Assembly: GCA_023140255.1 (NCBI GenBank)
Contig: JAGLLX010000010.1
Span: 19,774 to 83,773 of the forward strand
Length of the DNA: 64,000 nucleotides
Source: Minisyncoccota bacterium
GTDB taxonomy: Bacteria; Patescibacteriota; Minisyncoccia; Phycocordibacterales; UBA12079
Direction: 5' to 3'
Part shown: one piece after another, positions 8,728 through 19,458 of the stretch
How positions within the stretch are numbered: position 1 is the stretch's first letter
Layout: every line of letters begins with the position of its first letter
Program-made: the position numbers and the translations under genes
The notes under the pieces: model-generated
Databases searched by the model: none
What the model saw: only the letters and a program-made list of their open reading frames with translations
What the model was told of the DNA's origin: nothing

Positions 8728-9777
8728 ATGAAAGAAAAAATAGCAATTATTTCAGTACTAGTTAATTTATTTCTAGCAATTGGAAAAACAATAATAGGTC
8801 TTATCATTGGTTCAGCCTCAGTTCTTGCAGAAGGAATTCACTCAGGAATGGACGTTTTTTCATCAGCAATAAGTTACGTTGGAATTAAAACTGCAAAGAA
8901 ACCTGTTGATGAAAAACACCCCTATGGTTATTATAAATTTGAAGTTTTATCTGGTTTAGTTATAACAGGCTTTTTATTTATAGCAGGACTGTGGATGATT
9001 TATGAATCATACCAAAGCTTTATTGATCCAGAAATTTTATCAATGAGTTATATGGCAATAGCTATAATGCTTGCTTCAATAATATTGAATGAAATTATGG
9101 CTCGTCTTAAAATTCATTATGGTAAGAAAGAAAACTCATTAAGCCTTCTTTCTGACGGAGTACATGACAAAGTTGATGTTTATGCTTCAATTGCAGTTTT
9201 GATAGGAATTGTTTTAATGCCTTATTGGATTTATGTTGATTCAATATTAGCATTTTTAATAGGACTTTATATTATTAAAGAATCTTTTGAATTAGGAAAA
9301 GAAGCTGTTGATTCCCTCCTTGATGTTTCTGCTGGAAAAGAAATTGAAGACGAAATTAAAGCTATTGCTAAAAAATTAAATACAGAAATAAGTTCTCTGA
9401 AAACACAGCAACGAGGATCAGCAGTGACTGCTAATTTTGAAATAAACCTTCCTAATAATTTAAACTTAGAAGAAGCCACGAAAAAATCAAACGCTCTGAG
9501 AGAAAAACTTATAGAAAAGATAAGGAGTTTAGAATATGTAGTCATTCAAATTACTAGTCATGAAGTAGAAACTGGCTACTTCAAATCAGGTCTTATGGAA
9601 GATGTTAACTGGAAAAGAAAAAGTCGGTTTGAAGGAATAATCCCACAAGCCGAAGGGAAAGGTCCAGAGGGTTATTGTGCCTGCCCTAAATGTAGTTATA
9701 AAATAGCCCATGAAAAAGGAACTCCTTGTGCTGAATTAAAATGCCCAACTTGTGGAGTAACTTTAGAACGAGAATAG
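8728..9777 (+). CDS. Cation diffusion facilitator (FieF-like) with Cys-rich tail
   Basis: AEGIHSGMD, HPYGYYKFE and DGVHDKVD motifs; C-terminal GPEGYCACPKC...CAELKCPTC. Confidence 0.9.
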   Translation: MKEKIAIISVLVNLFLAIGKTIIGLIIGSASVLAEGIHSGMDVFSSAISYVGIKTAKKPVDEKHPYGYYKFEVLSGLVITGFLFIAGLWMIYESYQSFIDPEILSMSYMAIAIMLASIILNEIMARLKIHYGKKENSLSLLSDGVHDKVDVYASIAVLIGIVLMPYWIYVDSILAFLIGLYIIKESFELGKEAVDSLLDVSAGKEIEDEIKAIAKKLNTEISSLKTQQRGSAVTANFEINLPNNLNLEEATKKSNALREKLIEKIRSLEYVVIQITSHEVETGYFKSGLMEDVNWKRKSRFEGIIPQAEGKGPEGYCACPKCSYKIAHEKGTPCAELKCPTCGVTLERE

Positions 9778-9854
9778 AAACACTAAGTCATTTAAACATA
9801 AAAACAAACGGATTTTGGCAAAGCCAAAATCCGTTTTAATTCTTAAATCCTAAA

Positions 9855-9874
9855 CCTGCCTGCCGGCAGGCAGG
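9855..9874. repeat. 20-bp GC-rich perfect palindrome cctgcctgccggcaggcagg
   Basis: Self-complementary; related copies at 45871-45892 and 63469-63490. Confidence 0.85.
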
Positions 9875-9888
9875 CCTTAAATCTTTTT

Positions 9889-11625
9889 TTACATTTCCTC
9901 TATTGTTTCAATTCCGAGTAAAGTTAAACCATTTTTTAATACTTGAGCTGTTCCTTCTGAAAGAGCTAGTCGAATAGCCTTTTCTTCTTCTGAAGCTTTT
10001 ATCACGGGACAATTTGCATAAAAAGTATTAAATCTTTGAGCTAATTCATAAAGATAATTACACATAGTATACGGAGCAACCTCCACACCTGATTGATATG
10101 TTTTCTGAGGATAACGAGTTAACCATTTCAATAAACTCAATTCCCACTCATTCATTTCCAAATCACTTGGAAGTCGGATTTCCAAGGATTTTGATTTTCT
10201 TAAAATAGCTTGAGCTCGGACATAAGCATACAAAATATAAGGTCCTGAATATCCTTCAAAATCAACAAATTTTTCAGGATCATAATTTACATCCTTATTA
10301 AAATCATGAGAAAGAATTAAGAATTTCAATCCAGCCAAAGCTACCACCCTAGAAATTTCTTCTTTTTTTTCTGTATCATAATCTTTTAATTCTGCAATTT
10401 TAGTTCTAGCTACTTTTAAAGATTCTTCTAAAATATCTGTCCCTTTAATATTTTTACCTGAACGTGAACTTGTTTTCTTTCCGTTCATCAATAACCATCC
10501 AAAAGAAGTGTGAAAATATTTATCTTTAAATTTCTCATCTAAAGTTTCTAAAATTTTTATGACTGCTTTAAAGTGATCTACTTGTTCTACCCCTGTTAAA
10601 GTTAAATTTAAAAACAAATCTGGATAATCTTCAAATTTTTGATAGCCTAAAGCAATATCTTTAGCTAAATAAGTTGGATTATCTTCGCTAGTTTTCATAA
10701 CCCAAGTTACTAAGCCATCTTTTTCTCCTTCATAAATAATTGCTCCTTGAGATTCTACAAAAATCTTTTTTGAATTTTCTTCAACTATTTTTTTAGCACT
10801 TTCATATACCTGAGATTCTGGATATTGTTTGTCGTAAGCTACTCCTAAATCAGCAAAAATAGCTTTTTGATGTTCTAAACTCATCTTTTTTATTCTTTCA
10901 TATAATTCAGTCGCTTCTGTTTTATTTTTTTGATAAATATCAATATTTATCTTCCTGATAGCCTTTTCATTTTCATCAAAAGCCTGTGTAGCATACACAT
11001 AAGCTTCTGTAATAAATTCCATTTTTTTATGTTTATCCCAAGATTCAAAATCTTCAAGTAATCCTTTTTGTTGAACACCCCAAGTAGTCTTAGCTGTATG
11101 CATTCCTATATCTCCATAATAATTTGTTTTAACTACTTCATAACCTAAGTTTTCAAATAATTTACAAACACTCAAACCTGAAATTGTTCCTTTTATATGC
11201 CCAACAGTGAAAGCTTTATGTGTATTTGGCTGACCAAACTCAAGCATTATTTTTTTATCTTCAGCTAATTCAAAAGTCCCATAATCTTCTTTCTGTTCTA
11301 AAATATTTTCTAATTCAGAAATATAATAATCATTTTTTATTTTGAAGTTTATAAATCCTGGGGCAATAGCTTCAACTTTTTCTAGTAAATCTGGTAGGTT
11401 GATTTTTTTAGCAATATTTTGAGCAATTTCTAAAGGGTTTTCTTTTAAAACTCCAGCCAAAGCCATAGCTACATTAGTAGCATAATCTCCGTGAGATTCT
11501 TCTGCAGGATGTTCTATTACAAAATTAACCTTATTTTCAATAATTTTAGATACTTCTTGATGTAATAATTCTTTTATTGGATCAATTGAAACCTTTTCTT
11601 TTTTTAGTATTTCTTGTATTTTCAT
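9889..11625 (-). CDS. argS: Arginine--tRNA ligase
   Basis: HGDYATNVA; EFGQPNTHKAFTVGH (HIGH-like); KTSSRSG; DALR anticodon-binding domain. Confidence 0.93.
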   Translation of the reverse strand: MKIQEILKKEKVSIDPIKELLHQEVSKIIENKVNFVIEHPAEESHGDYATNVAMALAGVLKENPLEIAQNIAKKINLPDLLEKVEAIAPGFINFKIKNDYYISELENILEQKEDYGTFELAEDKKIMLEFGQPNTHKAFTVGHIKGTISGLSVCKLFENLGYEVVKTNYYGDIGMHTAKTTWGVQQKGLLEDFESWDKHKKMEFITEAYVYATQAFDENEKAIRKINIDIYQKNKTEATELYERIKKMSLEHQKAIFADLGVAYDKQYPESQVYESAKKIVEENSKKIFVESQGAIIYEGEKDGLVTWVMKTSEDNPTYLAKDIALGYQKFEDYPDLFLNLTLTGVEQVDHFKAVIKILETLDEKFKDKYFHTSFGWLLMNGKKTSSRSGKNIKGTDILEESLKVARTKIAELKDYDTEKKEEISRVVALAGLKFLILSHDFNKDVNYDPEKFVDFEGYSGPYILYAYVRAQAILRKSKSLEIRLPSDLEMNEWELSLLKWLTRYPQKTYQSGVEVAPYTMCNYLYELAQRFNTFYANCPVIKASEEEKAIRLALSEGTAQVLKNGLTLLGIETIEEM

Positions 11626-11653
11626 TAATATTATAATAACATAAAATTATAAT

Positions 11654-11947
11654 ATGGATAAATTATTTCAAAGGAAAATAGAAGACTTCAAATGTCAAAA
11701 TTGTGGTGCAGAAGTTAAAGGGGATGGTTACACCAATCACTGCCCTAATTGTTTATGGAGCAAACATGTTGATATAAACCCAGGAGACAGAGCCTCTAAT
11801 TGCAAAAGATTGATGGAACCAATTGAAATAGAAAAAAAAGCTGATGAAATTATAATTACCCATAAATGTTTAGAATGCGGACACATAAAGAAAAATAAAA
11901 GCACTCCTAATGATAACTATGATAAAATTTTAGAGATAATTAATTAA
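11654..11947 (+). CDS. RNHCP-domain zinc-ribbon protein
   Basis: FKCQNCG...YTNHCPNCLWSKHVDINPGDRASNC. Confidence 0.88.
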   Translation: MDKLFQRKIEDFKCQNCGAEVKGDGYTNHCPNCLWSKHVDINPGDRASNCKRLMEPIEIEKKADEIIITHKCLECGHIKKNKSTPNDNYDKILEIIN

Positions 11948-11975
11948 AAAGCACGGCTCAGTTGAGCCGTGCTTT
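11948..11975. terminator. Bidirectional terminator
   Basis: aaagcacggctca-gt-tgagccgtgcttt between convergent genes. Confidence 0.75.
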
Positions 11976-11983
11976 GTGTTTAT

Positions 11984-13774
11984 TTAATTTCTATTATGTT
12001 TTTTTCTCTCAGTCTCAGTTAAATATTTTTTTCGTAAACGAATATCTGTTGGAGTAACTTCTAAGTATTCATCATCTTTCATTAAACCAATAGCTTTTTC
12101 AAGAGAAATATCTAAAGGAGGAGAAACTTTTGTAGCATCATCTGAACCAGAAGCTCTCATATTAGTTAATTGTTTTCCTTTAGTTGGGTTAACAATCATC
12201 TCTTCCCCACTAGCTACATTTCCAATTATCATTCCTTCATAAACTTCTGTATTTGTTTCTATATATAGAACACCTCGTTCTTGTAAATTAGCCAAAGAAA
12301 AACCTAAAGCTTTACCTCCAGCCATTGAAGTCATTGAACCTAATTTAGTTTTAACCACTTCTCCAGCATAAGCTCTAAATTCTAAAAACAATGAAGTCAA
12401 AACCCCCTCTCCTTTAGTATCAACAATAAATTCATTTCTATACCCCAAAAGACCTCTAGTAGGAATTTCGAAAACCATTTTAGTTTCCCCATTCTTATTT
12501 TTCATATCATTTAAAATTCCTTTTCTCTCTCCCATTTTTTTCATAACTGTCCCAGAGGAATCATCAGGTACAATAATAGTTGTTTCTTCAAACGGCTCAA
12601 CTTTTTTTCCATCCACTTCTTTTATAATTACTTCTGGCTGAGAAACTGTTAATTCAAATCCTTCTCTTCTCATATTTTCAATTAACACAGCAAGGTGCAA
12701 TTCTCCTCTTCCATATATTTTATATCTTCCATCTACTCCACTAAAATCTACTTTCAAACCAACATTAACTTCTAATTCTTTTTCTAATCTTTCTTTAATT
12801 TGTCTAGAAGTTAATAATTTTCCAACCTTTCCTGCAAAAGGAGAATTATTTACAAACATAAATAAAGAAATTGTTGGCTCATCTATTGTAATTTCTGAAA
12901 GAGTTTCTGTCTCTTCACTATCTACCAAAGTATGACTAATGAAAATATCAGGGATTCCAGCAATCATAACAATATCTCCTGCTACTGCTTCTTTAGTTTC
13001 TTTTCTAGTTAATCCTTCAAAAGTAAATAATTTAGTTATCTTTCCGTTAAAAGATTCTCCTTTAGAATTTTTTATGAAAATCTGTTGTCCATCTTTCAAA
13101 GTTCCTTCGTAAATACGACAAACACCCATTCTTCCTAAGAAATTATTATAATCAAGGTTAAAGACCTGCGCCTTTAAAGGATTATTATTTAAAGATTCAT
13201 CTGAAGCTAAAGGAACTTTTTCCAAAATTAAATCTAACAACGGAGTTAAATCTTTCATCTCATCCTCCATTTTTAATTTTGCTAAACCTTCTCTTCCCAC
13301 AGTATAAATAGTTTCAAAATTTAATTGTTCATCACTTGCTTCTAAATCTAGAAATAATTCGTAAACATCTTCCTTTACTCTTTTTACATCTGAAGCTGGT
13401 TTATCTATTTTATTTATAACTAAAATTGGTTTTAAATTTAATTCTAAAGACTTCTTTAATACAAATTTAGTTTGAGGCATTGGTCCTTCTACAGCATCAA
13501 CAACTAAAAGAACTGAGTCAACAGATCTTAAAACTCGTTCTACTTCTGAACCAAAATCAGCATGACCAGGAGTATCCAAAATATTAATTTTAGTATCTTT
13601 ATATAAGACAGAGGTATTTTTTGAATAAATAGTAATTCCTCTTTCTTTTTCTATATCATTAGAGTCCATAGAAACTCCTTCAGCCACCATATTAGTTTGA
13701 GATAATAAGGCATCTGTTAAAGCTGTTTTTCCATGGTCTACATGGGCTATGATTGCTATGTTTCGTATATCCAT
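11984..13774 (-). CDS. typA: Translational GTPase TypA/BipA
   Basis: AHVDHGKT, DTPGHADF, GRGELHL and KQLTNMRASGSD motifs. Confidence 0.97.
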   Translation of the reverse strand: MDIRNIAIIAHVDHGKTALTDALLSQTNMVAEGVSMDSNDIEKERGITIYSKNTSVLYKDTKINILDTPGHADFGSEVERVLRSVDSVLLVVDAVEGPMPQTKFVLKKSLELNLKPILVINKIDKPASDVKRVKEDVYELFLDLEASDEQLNFETIYTVGREGLAKLKMEDEMKDLTPLLDLILEKVPLASDESLNNNPLKAQVFNLDYNNFLGRMGVCRIYEGTLKDGQQIFIKNSKGESFNGKITKLFTFEGLTRKETKEAVAGDIVMIAGIPDIFISHTLVDSEETETLSEITIDEPTISLFMFVNNSPFAGKVGKLLTSRQIKERLEKELEVNVGLKVDFSGVDGRYKIYGRGELHLAVLIENMRREGFELTVSQPEVIIKEVDGKKVEPFEETTIIVPDDSSGTVMKKMGERKGILNDMKNKNGETKMVFEIPTRGLLGYRNEFIVDTKGEGVLTSLFLEFRAYAGEVVKTKLGSMTSMAGGKALGFSLANLQERGVLYIETNTEVYEGMIIGNVASGEEMIVNPTKGKQLTNMRASGSDDATKVSPPLDISLEKAIGLMKDDEYLEVTPTDIRLRKKYLTETERKKHNRN

Positions 13775-13872
13775 ATTTTTTTAATTTAACTCAGATATTC
13801 TACCTTTTTTCAGGATTTAAACAAGTCTAATAACTCCTTTCGCTATATATCAAATAAAAGCTCTTATTTTGA

Positions 13873-13901
13873 TTGACATGAGTAATCGGAAATGTTACTA
13901 T
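13873..13901 (+). promoter_or_regulatory. Sigma70-type promoter of the cold-shock gene
   Basis: TTGACA-17 nt-TACTAT with extended -10 TG; implies a long 5' UTR as in cspA-type genes. Confidence 0.7.
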
Positions 13902-14040
13902 AACAGGAATCAAATCGTAGCTGTAAGAGATTCAAAGTCGAGTTTTATCATACACTATTTTGTATTTGACGAAATTACTTTAAGTTATATCTCATAATTT
14001 AAAGTGACTTATTAGCAACATAGTTTCTCTTATAGAAGAT

Positions 14041-14241
14041 ATGCAAAAAGGAAAAATCGCTCGTTTAACAGATCGTGGATTTGGATTCATTTCTCAAGAC
14101 GGTGAAGAAAAAGACCTTTTCTTTCACTCAAATGAGTTAAAAGAAGTTCAATTTAACGACCTTAGAGAAGGAGATGAGTTAACTTTTGAAGTAGCTGAAG
14201 GTCCTAAAGGGCTTAACGCTGTGAACATTAGTAAAGCTTAA
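14041..14241 (+). CDS. Cold-shock domain protein (CspA family)
   Basis: RGFGFI (RNP1), DLFFH (RNP2), GPKGLNAVN. Confidence 0.95.
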   Translation: MQKGKIARLTDRGFGFISQDGEEKDLFFHSNELKEVQFNDLREGDELTFEVAEGPKGLNAVNISKA

Positions 14242-14254
14242 ATCCGATTAAATA

Positions 14255-14281
14255 AAAAACACCGCTTCGGCGGTGTTTTTT
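14255..14281 (+). terminator. Intrinsic terminator
   Basis: aaaaaacaccgc-ttcg-gcggtgtttttt. Confidence 0.85.
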
Positions 14282-14344
14282 ATATATCTCTATGTTATAA
14301 TTTTAACAGAATTAACAATACTAATTTATCTTTTAATTATAATT

Positions 14345-15985
14345 ATGAAAAAATTACTAAAAAATAAAAAAATACTTTTTAGTGCGATAGGAGTAATATT
14401 AATAATTGTTTTAAGTGTTTATTTTTTCACAAAAGATCAAAAAGAAGAATATAATTTCAGCTTAGCTGAAAGAACTGACTTAGTTCAAGAAATTAGCGCC
14501 ACAGGAAGAATTAAAGCAGTTGACGATATAGACTTAGCATTTGAAAAAAGTGGGCGTATAAATAATATTTATATAGAAGTTGGAGATAAAGTTTATAAAG
14601 GGCAAATATTAGCTGAACTAGAAAAAGCAGAAATTTTTGCTGAATTATCTCAAGCCAGAGCTGGGGTGGCTAGTGCCGAAGCAAAACTTATTCAACTTGA
14701 AGCTTTATTAGAAAAAGAAAAAAATACTTTAGAAACTCTTCAAATAGGAACTCGTGAAGAGGAAATTTTAATATATGAATCAAAGGTAGAAAACGCAGAA
14801 GTTGTTTACGAAGCTTCTATTCAAAATCTTATAGATAAAATTGGAGACTCTTATACAAAATCAGATGATGCAATTAGAAATAAGATAGATCCCCTATTTA
14901 GTAGTCCTAGAGGAACAAGTCCTCAAATAATTTTTGCGGTAAATGATTCTCAATTAGAAAACAATATTGAATGGGCTCGTTTTTTAATTGAACAGAAATT
15001 GAATTTTTGGAGTACTAGTCTACAAAATATTAATGAAAACTTACCCGAAGAAAAATTAGACGAAAGCAAAGACAACTTAAACCAAATAAAACTTTTCCTA
15101 GAAGACATGGCTCTGGCTATTAACGGACTTTCTGTTAATTCAGAATTTTCTCAAACTATAATAGACAGTTACAAAACTGATATTTACACAGCTAGAACTA
15201 ATATTAATACTGCTATTACCAACCTGTCTACAGCTATAGAAAAACTTAATACAGCTAACACTTCCCTTTTAATTAGCCAAAACGAATTAGCTCTTAAAAA
15301 ATCAGGTAGTACTTTTGAAGAAATAAGTTCTCAGAAAGCCATAATTGAACAAGCCGAAGCTAATATTATTTCTCAAAAAGCAGAAATAGATTTGAAAGAA
15401 TCCGCTGTCCAAGCTTCTCTAGCAAAATTATCTAAAAATACTTTAAGATCTCCTATTAACGGAATAATCACTAACCAAAAAACCCAAGTAGGAGTAATTA
15501 CTTCTCCTGGAGAAATTATTATATCTGTTATTTCTGAAAATGACTTAGAGATTGAAACAAATATAGTAGAAGCAGATATTGCTTATCTAAAAATTGGAAA
15601 TAAAGCTAAACTTTCTTTAGATGCTTATGGAGAAGATGTTATTTTTGATGCAGTGGTAATTAAAATAGATCCTGCCGCGAACCTAATAGAAGGAGTGGCT
15701 AATTATAAAACGACTCTAGGATTTACTGAAACATATGAAAAAATAAAAGCAGGAATGACTGCTGATTTGGATATAATCACAATGGAATTAAAAAATGTAA
15801 TAGCTATTCCCTATCGAGCAATTATTTTTAAAAGTGGAACTGAAAAATTAGTAAGAGTATTAAAAGACAATAATCAAATAGATGAAGTGTCTGTTAAAAT
15901 TGGAATTGTTGGAAACGGGTCTTTGGTTGAAATCATTTCAGGAATAAACGAAGGAGACAAAGTTGTTACTTCTATAAAAAAGTAA
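14345..15985 (+). CDS. MacA-like membrane fusion (efflux adaptor) protein with long coiled coil
   Basis: TM anchor; VGDKVYKGQILAEL and LRSPINGII motifs; start moved to ATG 14345 because the ORF-track start lies in the terminator. Confidence 0.88.
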   Translation: MKKLLKNKKILFSAIGVILIIVLSVYFFTKDQKEEYNFSLAERTDLVQEISATGRIKAVDDIDLAFEKSGRINNIYIEVGDKVYKGQILAELEKAEIFAELSQARAGVASAEAKLIQLEALLEKEKNTLETLQIGTREEEILIYESKVENAEVVYEASIQNLIDKIGDSYTKSDDAIRNKIDPLFSSPRGTSPQIIFAVNDSQLENNIEWARFLIEQKLNFWSTSLQNINENLPEEKLDESKDNLNQIKLFLEDMALAINGLSVNSEFSQTIIDSYKTDIYTARTNINTAITNLSTAIEKLNTANTSLLISQNELALKKSGSTFEEISSQKAIIEQAEANIISQKAEIDLKESAVQASLAKLSKNTLRSPINGIITNQKTQVGVITSPGEIIISVISENDLEIETNIVEADIAYLKIGNKAKLSLDAYGEDVIFDAVVIKIDPAANLIEGVANYKTTLGFTETYEKIKAGMTADLDIITMELKNVIAIPYRAIIFKSGTEKLVRVLKDNNQIDEVSVKIGIVGNGSLVEIISGINEGDKVVTSIKK

Positions 15986-16063
15986 TAACTCATTAAAACA
16001 TTAAAACAAAAAAATTTGCAAAGCAAATCTTTTCTAATAACCTAAATATCTAATAACTAAACC

Positions 16064-16777
16064 ATGAACTTAATTGAAATAAAAAATTTAAAAAGAACTT
16101 TTGGAGAAGAGATTAAAACCTATGCTTTAAAAAATGCAACTTTTACAGTCAAACAAGGAGAATTTATCGCTATTATGGGTTCTTCTGGTTCAGGGAAATC
16201 TACTCTAATGCATATTTTAGGACTTTTAGACAGAGCAACTAAAGGTGATTTTTTATTTGAAGAAAGAGATGTTTCAAAATTAGACGATGATGAACTAGCT
16301 ACTTTAAGAAATGAAGAAATTGGATTTGTTTTTCAATCTTTTAATTTATTACCAAGAACCACTGTTTTGGATAATGTTACTCTCCCTTTAATTTATTCTC
16401 AAAAAAGAGTTTCTACCTTAAGTCGAGCTAAAGAAGTTTTAGAAAGTGTAGGCCTAAGCCATAGACTTAATCATTATACAAATCAAATTTCAGGCGGAGA
16501 AAAACAAAGAGTAGCTGTCGCCCGAGCTTTAGTAAATAGACCTTCTATTATTTTTGCGGACGAACCTACAGGAAATCTAGATTCAAAATCAGGAGCTCAA
16601 ATTATGAAAATATTACAAAAATTAAATGATGAAGGAAAAACTGTTATATTAGTAACTCACGAAACTTATACAGCTGAATGTGCAAAAAGAATTTTAACAA
16701 TGAAAGATGGAGAAATAGTAAGTGATGAAATAACAAAAAATCAAAGAAGAGTACATACTGAAGACTTAATTAAATAA
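16064..16777 (+). CDS. ABC transporter ATPase (MacB/LolD type)
   Basis: GSSGSGKST, ISGGEKQRVA and ADEPTGNLD motifs. Confidence 0.95.
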   Translation: MNLIEIKNLKRTFGEEIKTYALKNATFTVKQGEFIAIMGSSGSGKSTLMHILGLLDRATKGDFLFEERDVSKLDDDELATLRNEEIGFVFQSFNLLPRTTVLDNVTLPLIYSQKRVSTLSRAKEVLESVGLSHRLNHYTNQISGGEKQRVAVARALVNRPSIIFADEPTGNLDSKSGAQIMKILQKLNDEGKTVILVTHETYTAECAKRILTMKDGEIVSDEITKNQRRVHTEDLIK

Positions 16778-16815
16778 TGTGATATTCAGTGGCTAATTTT
16801 TGATAACCATTCGTT

Positions 16816-18066
16816 ATGATTAAGACTTTAAAGCAATCAGTTAAAATAGCTACCAGTTCCCTTTTGAGTAATAAAATTCAAAGCCTTTTAACTATGCTAG
16901 GAATTATTATTGGAGTAGCTTCAGTTATAGTTATTATGTCTATCGGGTCTGGGGCTCAATCTTTAATTCTGTCAGAAATTCAAAACTTAGGAACAAACTT
17001 AATTGCCATTATTCCTGGTCACGGAGATGAAGAAGACGCTTTCTCTATGCTAAGCGGTTTTGCTGTTACTACTTTAACTTACGATGATGCTCTAGCCTTA
17101 AGAGAAAATAAAAATATTCCAAACATAATGGCTGTAGCTGCATATAGTAAAGGGTTTGGAACAGCTGAATGGAAATCAAAAACTTATAGTACTTCTTTAA
17201 CAGGAACTACAGCTAGCCATCTTGAAGTAATGGGTGGAGATGTAAAAGAAGGTCGTTTCTTTAACTCTGAAGAAGAAAAAAGATTTTCTAGAATAGCTGT
17301 TTTAGGATCCGATGTTAAGGACGAACTCTTAGGTCAATCAGATGCAATTGGTCAAAAAATTAAAATCAATGATTATATTTTTGATGTTATAGGAGTGATG
17401 GAAGAAAGAGGAGTTGTCGTTATGGAAGATTATGATGACCAAATTTTTATTCCCATAAAAACAGTTCAAAGAATGATGGGGGTTGATTATGTTGGGTTTA
17501 TTAGGTCCAAAGTTTACTCGGAAGAAAATATTTCTCAAACGGAAGAAAATATTAAAATAATATTAAGAGAAGAACACAGTATTAAAGACCAAAGTGGCAA
17601 GAATGATGACTTTATGGTTAAAAATACAGCTCAAGCTCTTGATATGATTACTGAAATTACCAATTCATTAAGATACTTCTTAGCTATTATGGCAGGTCTC
17701 TCTTTGATTGTTGGAGGAATTGGAATCATGAATATTATGTTTATTTCAGTTACAGAAAGAACAAGAGAAGTCGGACTGAGGAAAGCCCTAGGGGCAAAAA
17801 ATAGTAATGTTCTAGGACAATTTTTAGTAGAAGCTATCTTCATTACTCTTATTGGTGGAATTAGTGGAATAATATTAGGAGTTATAATTTCATCTTTTAT
17901 TGCAATTGGAGCTCATCTTTTAGGCTATGAATGGAATCTTATAATTTCTTTAGGTTCTGTTATTTTAGCTTTAGTTGTTTCTGCTGGAGTTGGATTATTT
18001 TTCGGATTTTATCCAGCTTATAAAGCAAGTAAACTTGACCCAATAACAGCCTTACGATATGAATAA
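16816..18066 (+). CDS. MacB/FtsX-family ABC permease
   Basis: LTMLGIIIGV, GGIGIMNIM..SVTERTREVG and LDPITALRYE motifs. Confidence 0.93.
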   Translation: MIKTLKQSVKIATSSLLSNKIQSLLTMLGIIIGVASVIVIMSIGSGAQSLILSEIQNLGTNLIAIIPGHGDEEDAFSMLSGFAVTTLTYDDALALRENKNIPNIMAVAAYSKGFGTAEWKSKTYSTSLTGTTASHLEVMGGDVKEGRFFNSEEEKRFSRIAVLGSDVKDELLGQSDAIGQKIKINDYIFDVIGVMEERGVVVMEDYDDQIFIPIKTVQRMMGVDYVGFIRSKVYSEENISQTEENIKIILREEHSIKDQSGKNDDFMVKNTAQALDMITEITNSLRYFLAIMAGLSLIVGGIGIMNIMFISVTERTREVGLRKALGAKNSNVLGQFLVEAIFITLIGGISGIILGVIISSFIAIGAHLLGYEWNLIISLGSVILALVVSAGVGLFFGFYPAYKASKLDPITALRYE

Positions 18067-18083
18067 AACCTTTAACTAATATT

Positions 18084-19388
18084 ATGAAATCTTTTTTTGC
18101 AACAATTAAATCATCTTTTAAATTAGCCTTTATTTCTTTCAGTGCTAATAAATTACGAACCTCTTTAGCTGTTCTAGGAGTAACTATTGGTATCTCTAGT
18201 ATTATTGTAGTTTTTTCAGCAGGAGAAGGAATTAAAGGAATTGTTTTAAACCAAGTTGAATCATTTGGATCTGATACCATACAGGTTGAAATTAAAGTTC
18301 CCACTAGTAAAAAGGGTTTAGCTAGTGAAGCCCAAAGCGCAGCTGCGCTTATGCAAGGAGCTCAAGTAACAACTCTAAGTTTAGATGATTTAGAAGATGT
18401 TAAAAAATTACCTAATATTATTGATGCTTATGGTGTTTACATGGGACAAGAAACTGTGTCTTACTATAATGAAATTTATAATACTTACACATGGTCAACT
18501 AATAGTTCTTTTATAAATATAGACTCAACAGAATTAGCTTATGGAAGATTTTTTACAAAAGCAGAAAATAATTCTTTAGCCACAGTAGCTATTTTAGGTT
18601 CTAAAATTAAAGAAAAATTATTTGGTGACAATGACCCTATTGGAAAAACAATTAAAATACACAATGTTAGATTTAAAATAATAGGAGTGGTGGAAGAAAG
18701 AGGAGCTTTGATGTCTTTTGATTTTGATGACTTTATTTATGTCCCAATTAAAACCATGCATAAAAAAGTTTTAGGAATAGACTTCTTACATAATATTATT
18801 ATACAAATTGAAGATACTTCTCTTATAGAAGAAACCCTTGAAGAAACTAGAATTGTTTTAAGAAACAATCATGATATCAGTCCCCCCGAAGAAGATTTTG
18901 AAGGTTGGATGGATACAGGAACAGATGATTTCAGAGTTATGGCAATGACTGAAATTTTAGAAATGTTTGATACAATGTCTGCTGTTTTAACTTGGTTGAT
19001 GCTTGTAATTGTAGCCATTTCATTAGTAGTTGGTGGAATCAGTGTTATGAATGTCATGTATGTAATTGTAAACGAAAGAACATCTGAAATAGGTCTAAGA
19101 AAAGCTGTTGGAGCAAACTATAAAGATATCATGCTTCAATTCTTAACAGAATCAATTTTAATAACTTTCACAGGAGGAATTGTAGGAAGCATTTTAGGTT
19201 CTGTTATTTCTTTAGTAATTGCTATTGGAGCGAATTCTTCAGGAATTGATTGGAATTTTGTTTTACCTTTTAAAGCTTTTCTAATAGCAGGATTATTTTC
19301 TTTGATTTTTGGAATTTTATTTGGAACTACCCCAGCTCGAAAAGCTGCTCAAATGAATCCCATTCAAGCACTGATTCACGAAAATTAA
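18084..19388 (+). CDS. MacB/FtsX-family ABC permease (paralog)
   Basis: LAVLGVTIGI, GGISVMNVM..ERTSEIG and MNPIQAL motifs. Confidence 0.93.
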   Translation: MKSFFATIKSSFKLAFISFSANKLRTSLAVLGVTIGISSIIVVFSAGEGIKGIVLNQVESFGSDTIQVEIKVPTSKKGLASEAQSAAALMQGAQVTTLSLDDLEDVKKLPNIIDAYGVYMGQETVSYYNEIYNTYTWSTNSSFINIDSTELAYGRFFTKAENNSLATVAILGSKIKEKLFGDNDPIGKTIKIHNVRFKIIGVVEERGALMSFDFDDFIYVPIKTMHKKVLGIDFLHNIIIQIEDTSLIEETLEETRIVLRNNHDISPPEEDFEGWMDTGTDDFRVMAMTEILEMFDTMSAVLTWLMLVIVAISLVVGGISVMNVMYVIVNERTSEIGLRKAVGANYKDIMLQFLTESILITFTGGIVGSILGSVISLVIAIGANSSGIDWNFVLPFKAFLIAGLFSLIFGILFGTTPARKAAQMNPIQALIHEN

Positions 19389-19458
19389 ATTTTTATTTAT
19401 CCACTAAATAAAAAAAGAAAAAGAATATTTTTGATATAATTATTAATGAAAAAATAAA

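Noticed and set aside
14273-14344. ORF-track N-terminal extension of the MacA-like gene
   Set aside because: The GTG start lies inside the csp terminator; ATG 14345 gives a normal basic-then-TM N-terminus.
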